A stretch of 64,000 nucleotides of DNA from the NCBI GenBank assembly GCA_964483825.1, contig CAZADD010000001.1:2491-66490 (forward strand), read 5' to 3'. Shown here in pieces: positions 17,759 through 28,000 of the stretch. The translations under genes and the position numbers were made by a program. The notes beneath the pieces are model-generated. The model was given only the letters and a program-made list of their open reading frames with translations, made no database searches and was not told the DNA's origin. The first letter of the stretch is position 1. Each line of letters begins with the position of its first letter. This DNA comes from an uncultured Oscillospiraceae bacterium. Its GTDB lineage: Bacteria; Bacillota; Clostridia; Christensenellales; CAG-314.

Positions 17759-18999
17759 ACGCAACAGTAACACCGCACAATCTATCGGGAAAAGTCTCGG
17801 CAGTGGGGGCCAAGTTGTTTGCGCACAGGGCTCTTATTGCTGCGGCTTTTTTTCAAAAACAACCCACTTTGATTTGCGGAGTAACGCCGTCGGACGACGT
17901 TTCGGCAACGGTGGGGTGTTTGCGTGCTTTGGGCGTTGAAGTTTGCGGCACAACGGAACTTTTGGTTACGCCGCCCGAAAAGTTTTGCTCCAAGGCTGTT
18001 TTGGATTGCAAACAAAGCGGTTCCACCTATCGATTTTTGTTGCCCGTTGTGGTTGCACTGGGCATCGATGCGGAATTTTGCGGTTCGGAAAGGTTGTTCA
18101 ACCGTCCGATAGAGCCGCTTATCCGTGCGTTGCAAGGCTGTGGCGTCGATAACGGCAAAAGGGTGCACGGAAAAATGCGTTGCGGCGATTTTCACGTGGA
18201 CGGAAGCGAAAGTTCGCAGTTCGTTAGCGGAATGCTGTTTGCGTTGGCACTTCTAGACGGACAAAGCCGTTTGTTTGTGGATGGCGAACGGGTTTCGCAA
18301 GGCTACGTGCATGCAACGGTATCCGTTTTGCAAAGTTTTGGTGTGCAAGTTGAAGCAACCGATTTCGGTTTTGTTGTGAATGGCGGACGTTTCGTGGAGC
18401 GGTCAAGTTTTGCCGTCGAAGGCGATTGGACGAATGCTTCCTATTTTTTGGTTGCAGGCGCTCTTGGCGGTGACGTGGCGGTAACGGGATTGAACGCAAC
18501 TTCCGTGCAAGCGGATAATACCGTTGTAGATGTTTTGAAAAACTGCGGTGCCAAAGTTGCCGTGGAAAACGACGTTGTGCACGTACGTGGCGGAAACTTG
18601 CTGCCCTTCGATGTTGATGCGGCCGATATCCCCGATATTGTGCCCACTTTGGCCGTTTTGGCGGCGTTTTGCAACGGCACAAGCAAAATTTGCGGCATCG
18701 AGCGTTTGCGTGGCAAGGAATCGGACCGTGTGAAAAACGTGTTGCAAACGTTGCACGGAGCAAGCGTCAAGGCGGAATATCAAAACGGAACGCTGTCGGT
18801 ACACGGCGGCTGCCCGCAAGGTGGCACGTTTTTTGCCGACGGAGATCACCGCATGGCAATGAGTCAAACGCTGTTGGCGTTGTATGCAAAAGGAACGTCG
18901 AAAATTTGCGGTAGTGAATGCGTTTCGAAGTCGTATCCTGAATTTTTCGACGAAGTAAAAAAACTTGGAGGGAACTGTGTTTTGTTGGAAAGGTCGTGA
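17755..18999 (+). CDS. aroA: EPSP synthase (3-phosphoshikimate 1-carboxyvinyltransferase)
   Basis: SGSTYRF, RPIEPL, SSQFVSG, VEGDWT, PDIVP, LRGKESDR, DHRMAM, KSYPEF. ATGA overlap with aroB. Confidence 0.93.
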   Translation: MNATVTPHNLSGKVSAVGAKLFAHRALIAAAFFQKQPTLICGVTPSDDVSATVGCLRALGVEVCGTTELLVTPPEKFCSKAVLDCKQSGSTYRFLLPVVVALGIDAEFCGSERLFNRPIEPLIRALQGCGVDNGKRVHGKMRCGDFHVDGSESSQFVSGMLFALALLDGQSRLFVDGERVSQGYVHATVSVLQSFGVQVEATDFGFVVNGGRFVERSSFAVEGDWTNASYFLVAGALGGDVAVTGLNATSVQADNTVVDVLKNCGAKVAVENDVVHVRGGNLLPFDVDAADIPDIVPTLAVLAAFCNGTSKICGIERLRGKESDRVKNVLQTLHGASVKAEYQNGTLSVHGGCPQGGTFFADGDHRMAMSQTLLALYAKGTSKICGSECVSKSYPEFFDEVKKLGGNCVLLERS

Positions 19000-20038
19000 A
19001 CTGGAAGTTCAAGTTTGGGGCACTTCGCATTCGGCGGAAATAGGCGTGGAAGTGCACGGTTTTCCTTCGGAAAGTTTTTCCACGGAAGAATTGCAACGGT
19101 TGATGGATTTGCGCCGTGGCGGAAAGAAATTTGCAACCGCCCGTGACGAAAAAGACGTGCCCGTATTCGAGGGTTTGGAAAAGGGCAAGTTAACGTCTTG
19201 CGTTAAGGCTGTTTTGAAAAACCAAAACGTTCGTGCCGACGATTACACTGAATTGTACGGCAAGCCTCGCCCTTCGCACGCCGATTATGCGGCATATTTG
19301 AAGGATGGTAGGCTGGATTTTTGCGGCGGCGGAGAATTTTCCGGGCGCATGACGGCTCCGTTGTGCGTTGCAGGCGGCATTGCCAAACAGCTACTGGAAA
19401 ACCGTGGCGTGAATGTGTTTGCCTACGTTTCCGCAGTGGGCAAAACGCAAGGTTTCTCCTATAAAAATTGTCAAAGTTTGCCTTCGGAGCGGGAAAAGGA
19501 TTTTCCGTCCGTTTCTAACGCTAAGGCGTTGACGGAAGAAATTTTACAAGCCAAACAAAACGGAGATTCCGTCGGCGGAATTGTGGAATGTGTCGTCACC
19601 GGACTGAAAGGCGGTTTGGGCGGCGCATTGTTCGACGGTTTGGAAGGAAAGTTGGCGTCGCTGCTTTATGCCGTGCCTGCGGTAAAAGGCGTGGAATTTG
19701 GCGACGGATTCGGTTTTGCGCAAAGTTGCGGAAGCGTGGTCAATGACGCATTGGAAATGAAGGACGGAAAAGTAACGTTTTTGTCCAACAAGTCCGGCGG
19801 TATTAACGGCGGTATTTCCAACGGAATGCCCGTCACAATGTCGGTTGCGTTTCGTCCTACGCCGTCCATTGCAAAGGTGCAAAAAACCGTGGATTTGGTT
19901 GCAGGCACCAATGCGGAAATTTCCGTTTGCGGCCGTCACGATCCTTGCATCGTTCCCCGTGCGGTGCCAGTTGTGGAAGCCGTCGTGTCCTTGGCACTGT
20001 TGGATGAAATTTTGTTTGCGGAGCATCAACATGATTGA
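18977..20038 (+). CDS. aroC: Chorismate synthase
   Basis: GTSH, PRPSHAD, GGGEFSGRMTA, GDSVGG, GGINGGISNG, FRPTPSI, GRHDPCIVPRA. GGAGG RBS before GTG 18977. Confidence 0.93.
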   Translation: MFCWKGRELEVQVWGTSHSAEIGVEVHGFPSESFSTEELQRLMDLRRGGKKFATARDEKDVPVFEGLEKGKLTSCVKAVLKNQNVRADDYTELYGKPRPSHADYAAYLKDGRLDFCGGGEFSGRMTAPLCVAGGIAKQLLENRGVNVFAYVSAVGKTQGFSYKNCQSLPSEREKDFPSVSNAKALTEEILQAKQNGDSVGGIVECVVTGLKGGLGGALFDGLEGKLASLLYAVPAVKGVEFGDGFGFAQSCGSVVNDALEMKDGKVTFLSNKSGGINGGISNGMPVTMSVAFRPTPSIAKVQKTVDLVAGTNAEISVCGRHDPCIVPRAVPVVEAVVSLALLDEILFAEHQHD

Positions 20039-20312
20039 AGAAATAAGAAAAAAAATAGATTCGTTGGACGACGAAATAGTGCAACTTTTTTGCCGACGTT
20101 TGGATTTGTGCAAGCAAATAGGCATTGAAAAAGCAAAAAACGGCATTACTGTTGTCGATTTGGACCGCGAAAACGCCGTTTTGCGTCGTTTAACGGCATC
20201 TTTGGAAAGCGAAAAGGCATCCGCTGTGCAAGCGTTGTACACAGAAATTTTCAATATCACCAAAAATTTGCAACGCAACGTTGCGGCGGAATTTGACGGA
20301 GAAAACCAATGA
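20031..20312 (+). CDS. Chorismate mutase (AroQ / type II), standalone
   Basis: IEEIRKKIDSLDDEIVQLFCRR..IGIEK..VDLDRENAVL. 93 aa with GGAG RBS. Confidence 0.85.
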   Translation: MIEEIRKKIDSLDDEIVQLFCRRLDLCKQIGIEKAKNGITVVDLDRENAVLRRLTASLESEKASAVQALYTEIFNITKNLQRNVAAEFDGENQ

Positions 20313-21529
20313 AAGCGTGTTTGATAGGTGCAAAACTGGGATACAGTTTTTCCCAAAACATTCACGAAAAATTGGGCACCGAATACAGCCTTGTGGAAGT
20401 AAGCGAAGCGGAACTAGCCACGTTTTTGTGCGACAAAAAACACAAGTTTTTCAACGTTACGGTGCCGCACAAAAAAAGCGTAGTTGGCTTTTTGGATGAG
20501 CAAGACGAAACCGTCGTGCGCACTGGCTGTGTCAACACCGTTGCGTGCGGCAAGAAAGTAGTGGGCTACAACACCGATTTGTTCGGCGTGGAATACGTTT
20601 TTAGGCGCTGCGGCGTGGACGTTCGCGGCAAGCACGCCGTCGTTTTGGGTAGCGGAGCAACGTCTCAAACGGTGTGCGAATTTTTGCGTAGCAACGGTGC
20701 GCAGTCGGTCACCGTGGTGGGCAGAACTTCCAAGTTTAACTATCAAAACTATTCTCAACTTTCCGGCACGCAAATACTCGTTAACACAACTCCGGTGGGA
20801 ACCTACCCCGATTGCGACGAAAGTTTGGTGGATTTGTCCGTTTTTCCGTCATTGCAATTTGTGTTTGACGTGGTGTACAATCCGTTGAAAACAAAATTGA
20901 TTTTGCAAGCGGAAAGTTTGGGCATTTTGTGTTGCGGCGGTTTGCCCATGTTGGTTGCGCAAGCCGTGCGTTCGGAAGAAATTTGGCAAAACAAAAGTTT
21001 TGTGTCGCAAACGGAAACTTTGCTTGCGGATGTCAAGGGGCAAGCGGCTAATGTCGTGTTGGTTGGAATGCCTTCGTGCGGCAAAACAAGCGTGGGTAAA
21101 ATTGTTGCGCAAAAACTCGGCAAAAAGTTCGTGGATTTGGATGAAGAAGTTGCTCGTTGCGGCTTGACGGCGGAACAAATAATATTGCAGCACGGCGAAG
21201 AAATTTTCCGCAAACTGGAATGTGAATACACAAAAAAATTCGGGAAAGAACACGGCTTTGTGATAGCAACGGGCGGCGGCACCGTGCTAAACAGTCAAAA
21301 CGTCGTTGCGCTAAAACAAAACGGATTCGTGGTGTGGTTGCAGCGAGATTTGCCGTTGTTGCGTAGCGAAGGCCGTCCGTTAAGCAAGGCGGTGGGCGTG
21401 GAAAAACTTTTTGAACAGCGCAAAAAATTCTACCAAAACTGTGCCGACGTTTGCGTGCAAAACAACGCCGACGTGCAAAGTGCGGCAACGGAAATTTGCA
21501 ACGAATTTCACTGCTGGGTGCAAAAATAG
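20309..21529 (+). CDS. aroE: Fused shikimate dehydrogenase - shikimate kinase (AroE-AroK)
   Basis: N-half NVTVPHK, GYNTD, VLGSGAT, VNTTPVG, DVVYNP. C-half NVVLVGMPSCGKTSVG (P-loop), GEEIFRKLE, IATGGG, RPL. Confidence 0.9.
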   Translation: MKACLIGAKLGYSFSQNIHEKLGTEYSLVEVSEAELATFLCDKKHKFFNVTVPHKKSVVGFLDEQDETVVRTGCVNTVACGKKVVGYNTDLFGVEYVFRRCGVDVRGKHAVVLGSGATSQTVCEFLRSNGAQSVTVVGRTSKFNYQNYSQLSGTQILVNTTPVGTYPDCDESLVDLSVFPSLQFVFDVVYNPLKTKLILQAESLGILCCGGLPMLVAQAVRSEEIWQNKSFVSQTETLLADVKGQAANVVLVGMPSCGKTSVGKIVAQKLGKKFVDLDEEVARCGLTAEQIILQHGEEIFRKLECEYTKKFGKEHGFVIATGGGTVLNSQNVVALKQNGFVVWLQRDLPLLRSEGRPLSKAVGVEKLFEQRKKFYQNCADVCVQNNADVQSAATEICNEFHCWVQK

Positions 21530-21681
21530 CAATTGTGATTGCATTTTTGTGCACTTTAAGTGTATTTTTGTGTCGGTTGCTCTTCCGCCTGGCGTTCGGT
21601 CGTCACTGCACGGCATATATTGCAATTTATTTGCACGCTCTTTTCCGGGGGCGTGCATTTTTGTCGTTTGCAATCAAAACG

Positions 21682-21710
21682 TTGCGTTTTGTTTTGGATA
21701 GTAGTATAAT
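21682..21710 (+). promoter_or_regulatory. trkAH promoter
   Basis: TTGCGT (21682-21687), 17 bp, TATAAT (21705-21710). Confidence 0.6.
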
Positions 21711-21769
21711 TGCAATTGAACCACGGCGGCAAAACAATAAAAAAACGCCGTCGTTCAAAAGGGGTTAAA

Positions 21770-23131
21770 ATGAGAGTTATCGTTGTCGGTTGCGGCAAAA
21801 TAGGAAGAGCAATTTTGGATAGTCTTGCGTGCGAGCGTCACGACGTCGTTGCAATAGACAGCAATCCGGAAGTTATCCGTTCCGTCACAAACACCTACGA
21901 CGTGATGGCGGTGTGCGGAAGTGCAACTTCGCGCGAAATGTTGAATGCGGCGGAAGTTTCCAAATGCGATTTGTTCATTGCCGTCACCCAATCGGACGAA
22001 GTTAACATGTTGTCGTGCTTTTTGGCAAAGCGCATGGGTGCCCGACACACCGTTGCAAGAATTCGTGAGTCGGAGTACAACGAAGAAGGTTTGGAATTTT
22101 TGTGCAAGCAGTTGGATTTGTCCATGGCACTCAATCCCGAACGCCTAACTGCGGAATCGCTTTTCGATTTGTTGAAGTTGCCTTCCGCTGTCAGCGTGGA
22201 TAATTTCGCCGGCAAAAAAATTCAAATTTTGGAACTTATCGTGAAAGAAAATTCCAAATTGTGCGGCGTGGTGCTTTCCGATTTGCGCAAAAAGTGTCCC
22301 GTGCAATTTTTGGCATGCGCAGTCAAGCGTGACGACGTTGCCGTCATTCCCAACGGTGCGTTTTGCTTGCAAGAGGGCGACAAAGTGGCTTTCATGGTCA
22401 AGCGCAACGACAGTCACAAGTTTTTGAAGGCAATCGGCCTTGTTCGCAAGCAAGGGCGCGATGTTATTATTTTGGGCGGCAGTTCCACGGCCTACTACTT
22501 GGCAAAACTGCTTGCCGCAAACAATTACTCCGTCAAGGTGGTGGAAAAGGACGAAGCCCGTTGCGCCGAATTTGCCGAAAAAATCCCTGAAAACATCGGC
22601 ATAGTGTGCGGCGACGGCACCAGCCAAGATTTGCTTTTGGAAGAAGGCATTCGCTCCACGGGTGCGTTGGTTGCACTAACGGGCAAGGACGAAGAAAACA
22701 TTTTGGTTTCTTGCTACGCCATCAGCCAACAAGTGCCCAAAGTAATTTCCAAGGTCAGTCACGGCGAATTGGCATCTCTTGCCGAGCGTTTGGGGCTGGA
22801 TTGTGTCGTTTCTCCGCAAAAAATGGTTGCAAACGTGCTAACAAGGTACGCCCGTGCGTTAAATGCATCGGGAAAAAGCAAAATGGAAACGCTGTATAGC
22901 CTTATGGAAGGGGACGTGGAAGCGTCGGAATTTGCCGTGTTGCCCGATTGCGGCTTGATCGGCACTCCGCTGAAAGATTTGAAGTTGAAAAACAATTTGC
23001 TTGTTGCCAGCATCATTCGCGGCAAGGAAACAATCGTGCCCACAGGCGACGACGTAATTTTGGAAGGTGACAAGGTCATCGTTGTTGCTACAAACTTGCA
23101 TTTGTACGATTTGTCCGACGTTTTGAGGTAG
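21770..23131 (+). CDS. trkA: Trk K+ uptake regulatory subunit with two RCK domains
   Basis: MRVIVVGCGKIG, AVTQSDEVNML, second Rossmann IILGGSS, GDGT, DEENIL, IIRGKETIVPTGDDVILEGD. 453 aa. Confidence 0.93.
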   Translation: MRVIVVGCGKIGRAILDSLACERHDVVAIDSNPEVIRSVTNTYDVMAVCGSATSREMLNAAEVSKCDLFIAVTQSDEVNMLSCFLAKRMGARHTVARIRESEYNEEGLEFLCKQLDLSMALNPERLTAESLFDLLKLPSAVSVDNFAGKKIQILELIVKENSKLCGVVLSDLRKKCPVQFLACAVKRDDVAVIPNGAFCLQEGDKVAFMVKRNDSHKFLKAIGLVRKQGRDVIILGGSSTAYYLAKLLAANNYSVKVVEKDEARCAEFAEKIPENIGIVCGDGTSQDLLLEEGIRSTGALVALTGKDEENILVSCYAISQQVPKVISKVSHGELASLAERLGLDCVVSPQKMVANVLTRYARALNASGKSKMETLYSLMEGDVEASEFAVLPDCGLIGTPLKDLKLKNNLLVASIIRGKETIVPTGDDVILEGDKVIVVATNLHLYDLSDVLR

Positions 23132-23135
23132 CACA

Positions 23136-24605
23136 ATGAACTTTCGAGTTATTTTTCGCAATTTGGGCTACGTTTTGCTGACACTTGCTGCATTGTTACT
23201 GTTGCCCATGATAGTGTGCTTTTGCTACGGCGAAGGGTGCTGGTGGGCGTTCTTGACAACGTGCGGCATTTGCGTTGCTTGCGGTTTGCCCCTTGTTTTG
23301 GCACTCAAACCCAAAGATCAGGTGTTTTTCTCCCGTGAAGGGCTGATAATCGTCGCCGTTTCGTGGGTGGTGCTGTCACTTTTCGGTGCGTTGCCCTTTG
23401 TTTTGGGCGGAGCGATACCGTCCTACGTGGACGCTTTGTTCGAAACGGTCAGCGGTTTCACCACAACGGGTGCAACGGTTTTGAGCGGTACTCAAATTGA
23501 AAGCATGCCCAAAGGAATGTTGTTTTGGCGCAGTTTCACCCAGTGGATAGGCGGCATGGGCGTTATCGTGTTCGTTATGGCCGTCGTCGGTTCGTCGGAT
23601 AGAAGCATGCACGTGTTGCGTGCGGAAATGCCCGGCCCCACGGTGGATAAACTTGTGCCCCGTGCCCGTACCACCGCAAGAGCGTTGTATTTGCTGTACA
23701 TCGGGTTCACCGTTTTGGAAATTGTGTTGCTGCTGTGCGGCGGAATGCCGTTGTTCGATAGCGTCGTGCACACTTTTGGTACCGTTGGCACAGGGGGCAT
23801 GAGCATCAAGGCGGATAGCATTGCAAGTTACAATCCGTTTTGCCAGTGGGTGATTGCAATTTTCATGATTTTGTGCGGCATCAACTTTAACGTTTACTAC
23901 TTGTTGGTGATGCGCAAGTTCCGTCAAGCAACGTCTTCGAGGGAATCTTGGCTGTACTTGGCAATTATTTTTGTGTGTTCGGTGGCAATGGTGTTCAATG
24001 TGAATGGAAATTTGCCCTACGCAAGCACCGTTGGGGAATCCGTGCGGCTGGCGGTGTTTCACGTTGCCTCGGCAATATCTTCCACCGGCTACACAACGGT
24101 GCCTTCAACTTCGTCGTTGAGTGCTTTTCCGGTGTTTGCCAAAAGTGTGCTGTTTTTGCTGATGATTATCGGCGGTTGTGCCGGTTCCACGGCAGGCGGT
24201 TTGAAAGTTTCCCGTGTGGCAATTTTGTGCGCAGCAATTCGCAAAAATTTGCGCAAAGCGTTGCATCCTCGCAATGCAAACGTCGTTCGTCATGAAGGCA
24301 AGCCGCTAAGCGAAGAAGTTATGCACGAAGTAACCGGCTATTTTGCGCTTTATGTCATGATTGTGGTGGCAACGTTTTTGCTACTAAGTTTGGATGGCGG
24401 CACAGGGCTGACGTTCGAATGCAACTTGACTGCGGCGGTTTCTTGTTTTGGCAACAGCGGACTGCTTTTCGGTGCACCGACATCGGGCTTCGGTGCGTAT
24501 TCTGTATTTTCCAGAATAGTGATGATTTTCGCAATGCTTTTGGGCCGTTTGGAAATTTATCCGCTGTTACTGTGCGTTACCCCCACAACGTGGGTTAAAA
24601 AGTGA
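23136..24605 (+). CDS. trkH: Trk K+ uptake membrane subunit
   Basis: FETVSGFTTTGAT, QWIGGMG, RAEMPGP, GTGG, GGCAGSTAGGLKVSR, MLLGRLEIYP. Confidence 0.95.
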   Translation: MNFRVIFRNLGYVLLTLAALLLLPMIVCFCYGEGCWWAFLTTCGICVACGLPLVLALKPKDQVFFSREGLIIVAVSWVVLSLFGALPFVLGGAIPSYVDALFETVSGFTTTGATVLSGTQIESMPKGMLFWRSFTQWIGGMGVIVFVMAVVGSSDRSMHVLRAEMPGPTVDKLVPRARTTARALYLLYIGFTVLEIVLLLCGGMPLFDSVVHTFGTVGTGGMSIKADSIASYNPFCQWVIAIFMILCGINFNVYYLLVMRKFRQATSSRESWLYLAIIFVCSVAMVFNVNGNLPYASTVGESVRLAVFHVASAISSTGYTTVPSTSSLSAFPVFAKSVLFLLMIIGGCAGSTAGGLKVSRVAILCAAIRKNLRKALHPRNANVVRHEGKPLSEEVMHEVTGYFALYVMIVVATFLLLSLDGGTGLTFECNLTAAVSCFGNSGLLFGAPTSGFGAYSVFSRIVMIFAMLLGRLEIYPLLLCVTPTTWVKK

Positions 24606-24612
24606 AAAATTC

Positions 24613-24662
24613 AAAAATCCAAATTCAAACGCAGTCAATGCGTCGAGAGTTTGGATTTTTTT
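24613..24662 (+). terminator. Probable terminator after trkH
   Basis: AAAAATCCAAA..TTTGGATTTTT with inner ACGCA/TGCGT pairing and a T-tract. Confidence 0.6.
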
Positions 24663-24954
24663 GTTGTCGGAATGGGTTTTTAAGTTGCCGTTAAGCCGCA
24701 AGATTCACAATGTGGTAACAAAAGTGGTTTGTGACGGCACAAATAATTTTTTGCGGCAATGTCTTTAACGGAATGCTGTAACTGTTGCAATTGCGGCACT
24801 CAAAAAAGCTTTTCGTTGCAGTGAAGTATGGGGGCAAAAACTTACCCGAGCACTTGTTATGCACTTGTACGACAATCTTGTTTCAACAATGCAAAACATT
24901 GCAACAAGCGGGTGCCTGTGTTTAGCAAAAATATCAAAAAATTATTTCCCAATA

Positions 24955-24984
24955 TTGACAAACTACTACTTTCAGTAGTAAACT
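24955..24984 (+). promoter_or_regulatory. Promoter of the metalloprotease gene with an inverted-repeat operator candidate
   Basis: TTGACA (24955-24960), TAAACT (24979-24984, 18-bp spacer). TACTACT-ttc-AGTAGTA at 24964-24980. Confidence 0.6.
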
Positions 24985-25015
24985 AAAACCAACTAAAATG
25001 TGAGGTGAACTCCAT

Positions 25016-28000
25016 ATGAAAAAACGCTTAGTAATTCTTTTGGCGATAGTGATGGTTCTTTCATGTGTTTTCGCGGCGTGCTCCGAGAATACTTTTTCGG
25101 TGACCTTCGATGCACAAAACGGCACTGAACCCACTGTTGTGAAGTTTGACAGCAATTTTGCCTTGCCGATAAACCCCACCAACGGCGACAAAGTATTTGG
25201 TGGCTGGTACACGGACAAGGACTGCACCGACGGCAACGAATGGACGGTTCCCACCGTTTTGCTTGCCGACGTCACCGTCTACGCAAAATGGACGGACGCA
25301 GTAACTCCCCCCCCCGTAACAATTTCGCTTAACAAAACGCAACTCACCTTGACGGTTGGCAGCAGCGAAGACCTTGTTGCAACGGTTAGCGACGGTTCCG
25401 CTGTTACTTGGAGTTCATCCGACAACAGCATTGCAACGGTCGACCAAAACGGCAAAGTCACGGCAGTTGCGGAAGGTTCTGCAACAATCACAGCCGCAGT
25501 TGGCGAAGTGAAGGCAACTTGCCAAGTAACCGTTGAAAGTGCCACCCACACACCCGATACAACCCTTGCAACAATTCTTGCAAAGTACGCAGATATCGAC
25601 AGTTGGAATTTCCGCACAACCTATGTGTTGGAATGTGACGGCGAGTATGTATATAACGATGTTTTGAAGTTCATCGGCGAAAACTTTGCATGGGAATTCG
25701 AAGAAGAAGATTCTTATGGCAACTTAACTACGTACACAGACTACGTTTGGTACGACGAAGTAAAGGAGCAGTACGTCTACTATTATGATAATGGTGACGG
25801 TACCTACAACGTCTATTACGAAACGGACGACGAAGACGATTTCTACGAATACTACTTGGATGCTCCTTGGTTGGATTTATCCGAACTTACAGCCGACTTG
25901 TTCACAAAGAACAACGACTGCTACGTTGCAAACGATCCTGCAACTGTGGGTAATGCAATTTTGGGAAATTGGGGCGACGAGTGCACGTTCACCGAATTCA
26001 AACTCTATGTTGCAAACGGCTACATAAGCAAAATAGTTGCCACTCAAGAGGACACGTCGGAAGACTATGCCGGAACCTACACGTTCACTTTGGAATTCAG
26101 CAAGCACGGTGAAATTTCTCTTACCGCTCCCGAAGTTGACGACAGCGGAGACAGCGGAGATAGTGGAGATAGCGGCGACAGTGGTGATAGCGGTGATATC
26201 GACAGCGGCGACGTTGTTGCTCCCACCGATAAGCAAAGCTATTTGGATTGTGTAGTAGAAACTCCCGTTGTTGGCACGGAATACAAACTTGCTATGTGGC
26301 AAGGCAATGTATCCAAAGTGTTGTACGCTACCGGAGCAATGGACGGTAATTTCCTTGCTGCTACGGCAAATGTTTCTTCTGCAGCAGTAGTCACGCTGGA
26401 AACGGCAACCAACGGTTACTATTTGAAGGTTGGCGGCAAGTACGTCACTTTGGCAGGATACATTAAGGGCGATTATGTTAAAGCATCTGTTTCCTTGACA
26501 GATAATGCTACAACAGTCTTCACAATTGGCGAACACAACGAACTTGTTGCAAATGTTGTTGCTGAAAGCAAAAACGACGACTTTGTTTTGGGAACATTTG
26601 ACCAACACGAAACCATCAGCGCAAGTTCCACTTACTATATCAAGGGCGACAAAGCAAGTGCTATCGACGACAGTCAATTTCTTGCCCGTCTTGTAAGCGT
26701 GGATGGCAACGGCGGCGGCACTGTAACGCCCACTCCCACACCTACACCGGATAACGATGCGGACCTTGTTGAAATTTTCGAAAAGTACGAAGATGTCGAA
26801 AATTGGAACTTCCGTTTGAAATTTGTCTTGGTGGATAGCGACGGTTACTACTCTAACAACGACGTTTTGAAAATGGTTGGCGAAGCGTTCTCTTGGGAAT
26901 ACGAGTACGATGGCGAAACTTATGTCGACTACCTTTTGTATGACGAAACGGAAGGTTTGTTAGTTTACTACTACGATAACGGCGACGGTACCTACGATGC
27001 CTACTACGAAGACGACGAATGGGGCATATTCGACTATTTGTATTCCTGGCCTCCCTACGTCGACTTGTCTTCCTTGAACGACTACTCTTTCACAAAGAAC
27101 AACGATTGCTACATTGCAAACGACCCTGCAACGGCAGGCAATGCAATTTTGGGTGATTGGGGTGACGACTGCACCTTCACGGCACTTAAGCTTTACATTG
27201 CCGACGGCTATATAACAAAGATTGTTGCAACGCAAAAAGACGTTTCGGAATATTATGCAGGCACCTACACATTTACTTTGGAATTCAGCCAATTTGGCGA
27301 AATTGTTCTCACCGCACCCGATTTGGACGGCGGCGACAGTGGCGACGGCGGTAGCGGTTCCGAAACTCCCGACCCCGACGTGCCCGTTGGCGAAAGCAAA
27401 ACAACTGTAATTGACGTTGGCAGTTTTGCTTTGAGTGGCACCGCTTATGGTTGGTACGATTGGTCGAAAGATGAGATTTCCGGTTTTGCATATTTGTATT
27501 CCGGAAAAACATCTTCTATTCAAATGACTACAAAAAAACAACCTTCTTACTATTTGGCTAGCATAACGGCAACACCCGGAGCAATCACCTCCATTACAGT
27601 GAAACTTGCAAGTGAGGAAAATGGCCCGACTAGTTATGAATTTGAAGTGCTCACAAGCAATTCTGCATTCACGCAGGTGGACGGTGCGCCCACAACAGGC
27701 ACAAGCCAAGGCACAAAAACTGCAACTTTGGAGGGCACCACTTGGACAATCAGTGGCACGGATACGTATTTTTGCATCATTTGCAAAACAACCAAAAAGG
27801 CAGTATATATCGAAAACATTACCGTTGTTTATGGCGGCGGCTCCGGTTCTGGCAGTAGTTCTGGTAGTGGTTCTGGCGGCGGCTCCGGTAGCGGTTCGGG
27901 TTCCGGCACAGGCAACGTCATGCCCGAACAAACCTACGACAAGGACACTTTCGACAACGAAAATTTGCAAGACAAACTTTTGGAATACGAAAAAAGCTAC

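Noticed and set aside
21530-21769. c-di-AMP (ydaO) riboswitch before trkAH
   Set aside because: The likely promoter leaves a leader of only ~55 nt with one weak hairpin; no ydaO-like motifs seen.
27833-27910. Gly/Ser low-complexity tract as a separate element
   Set aside because: It is an ordinary in-frame flexible linker before the protease domain.
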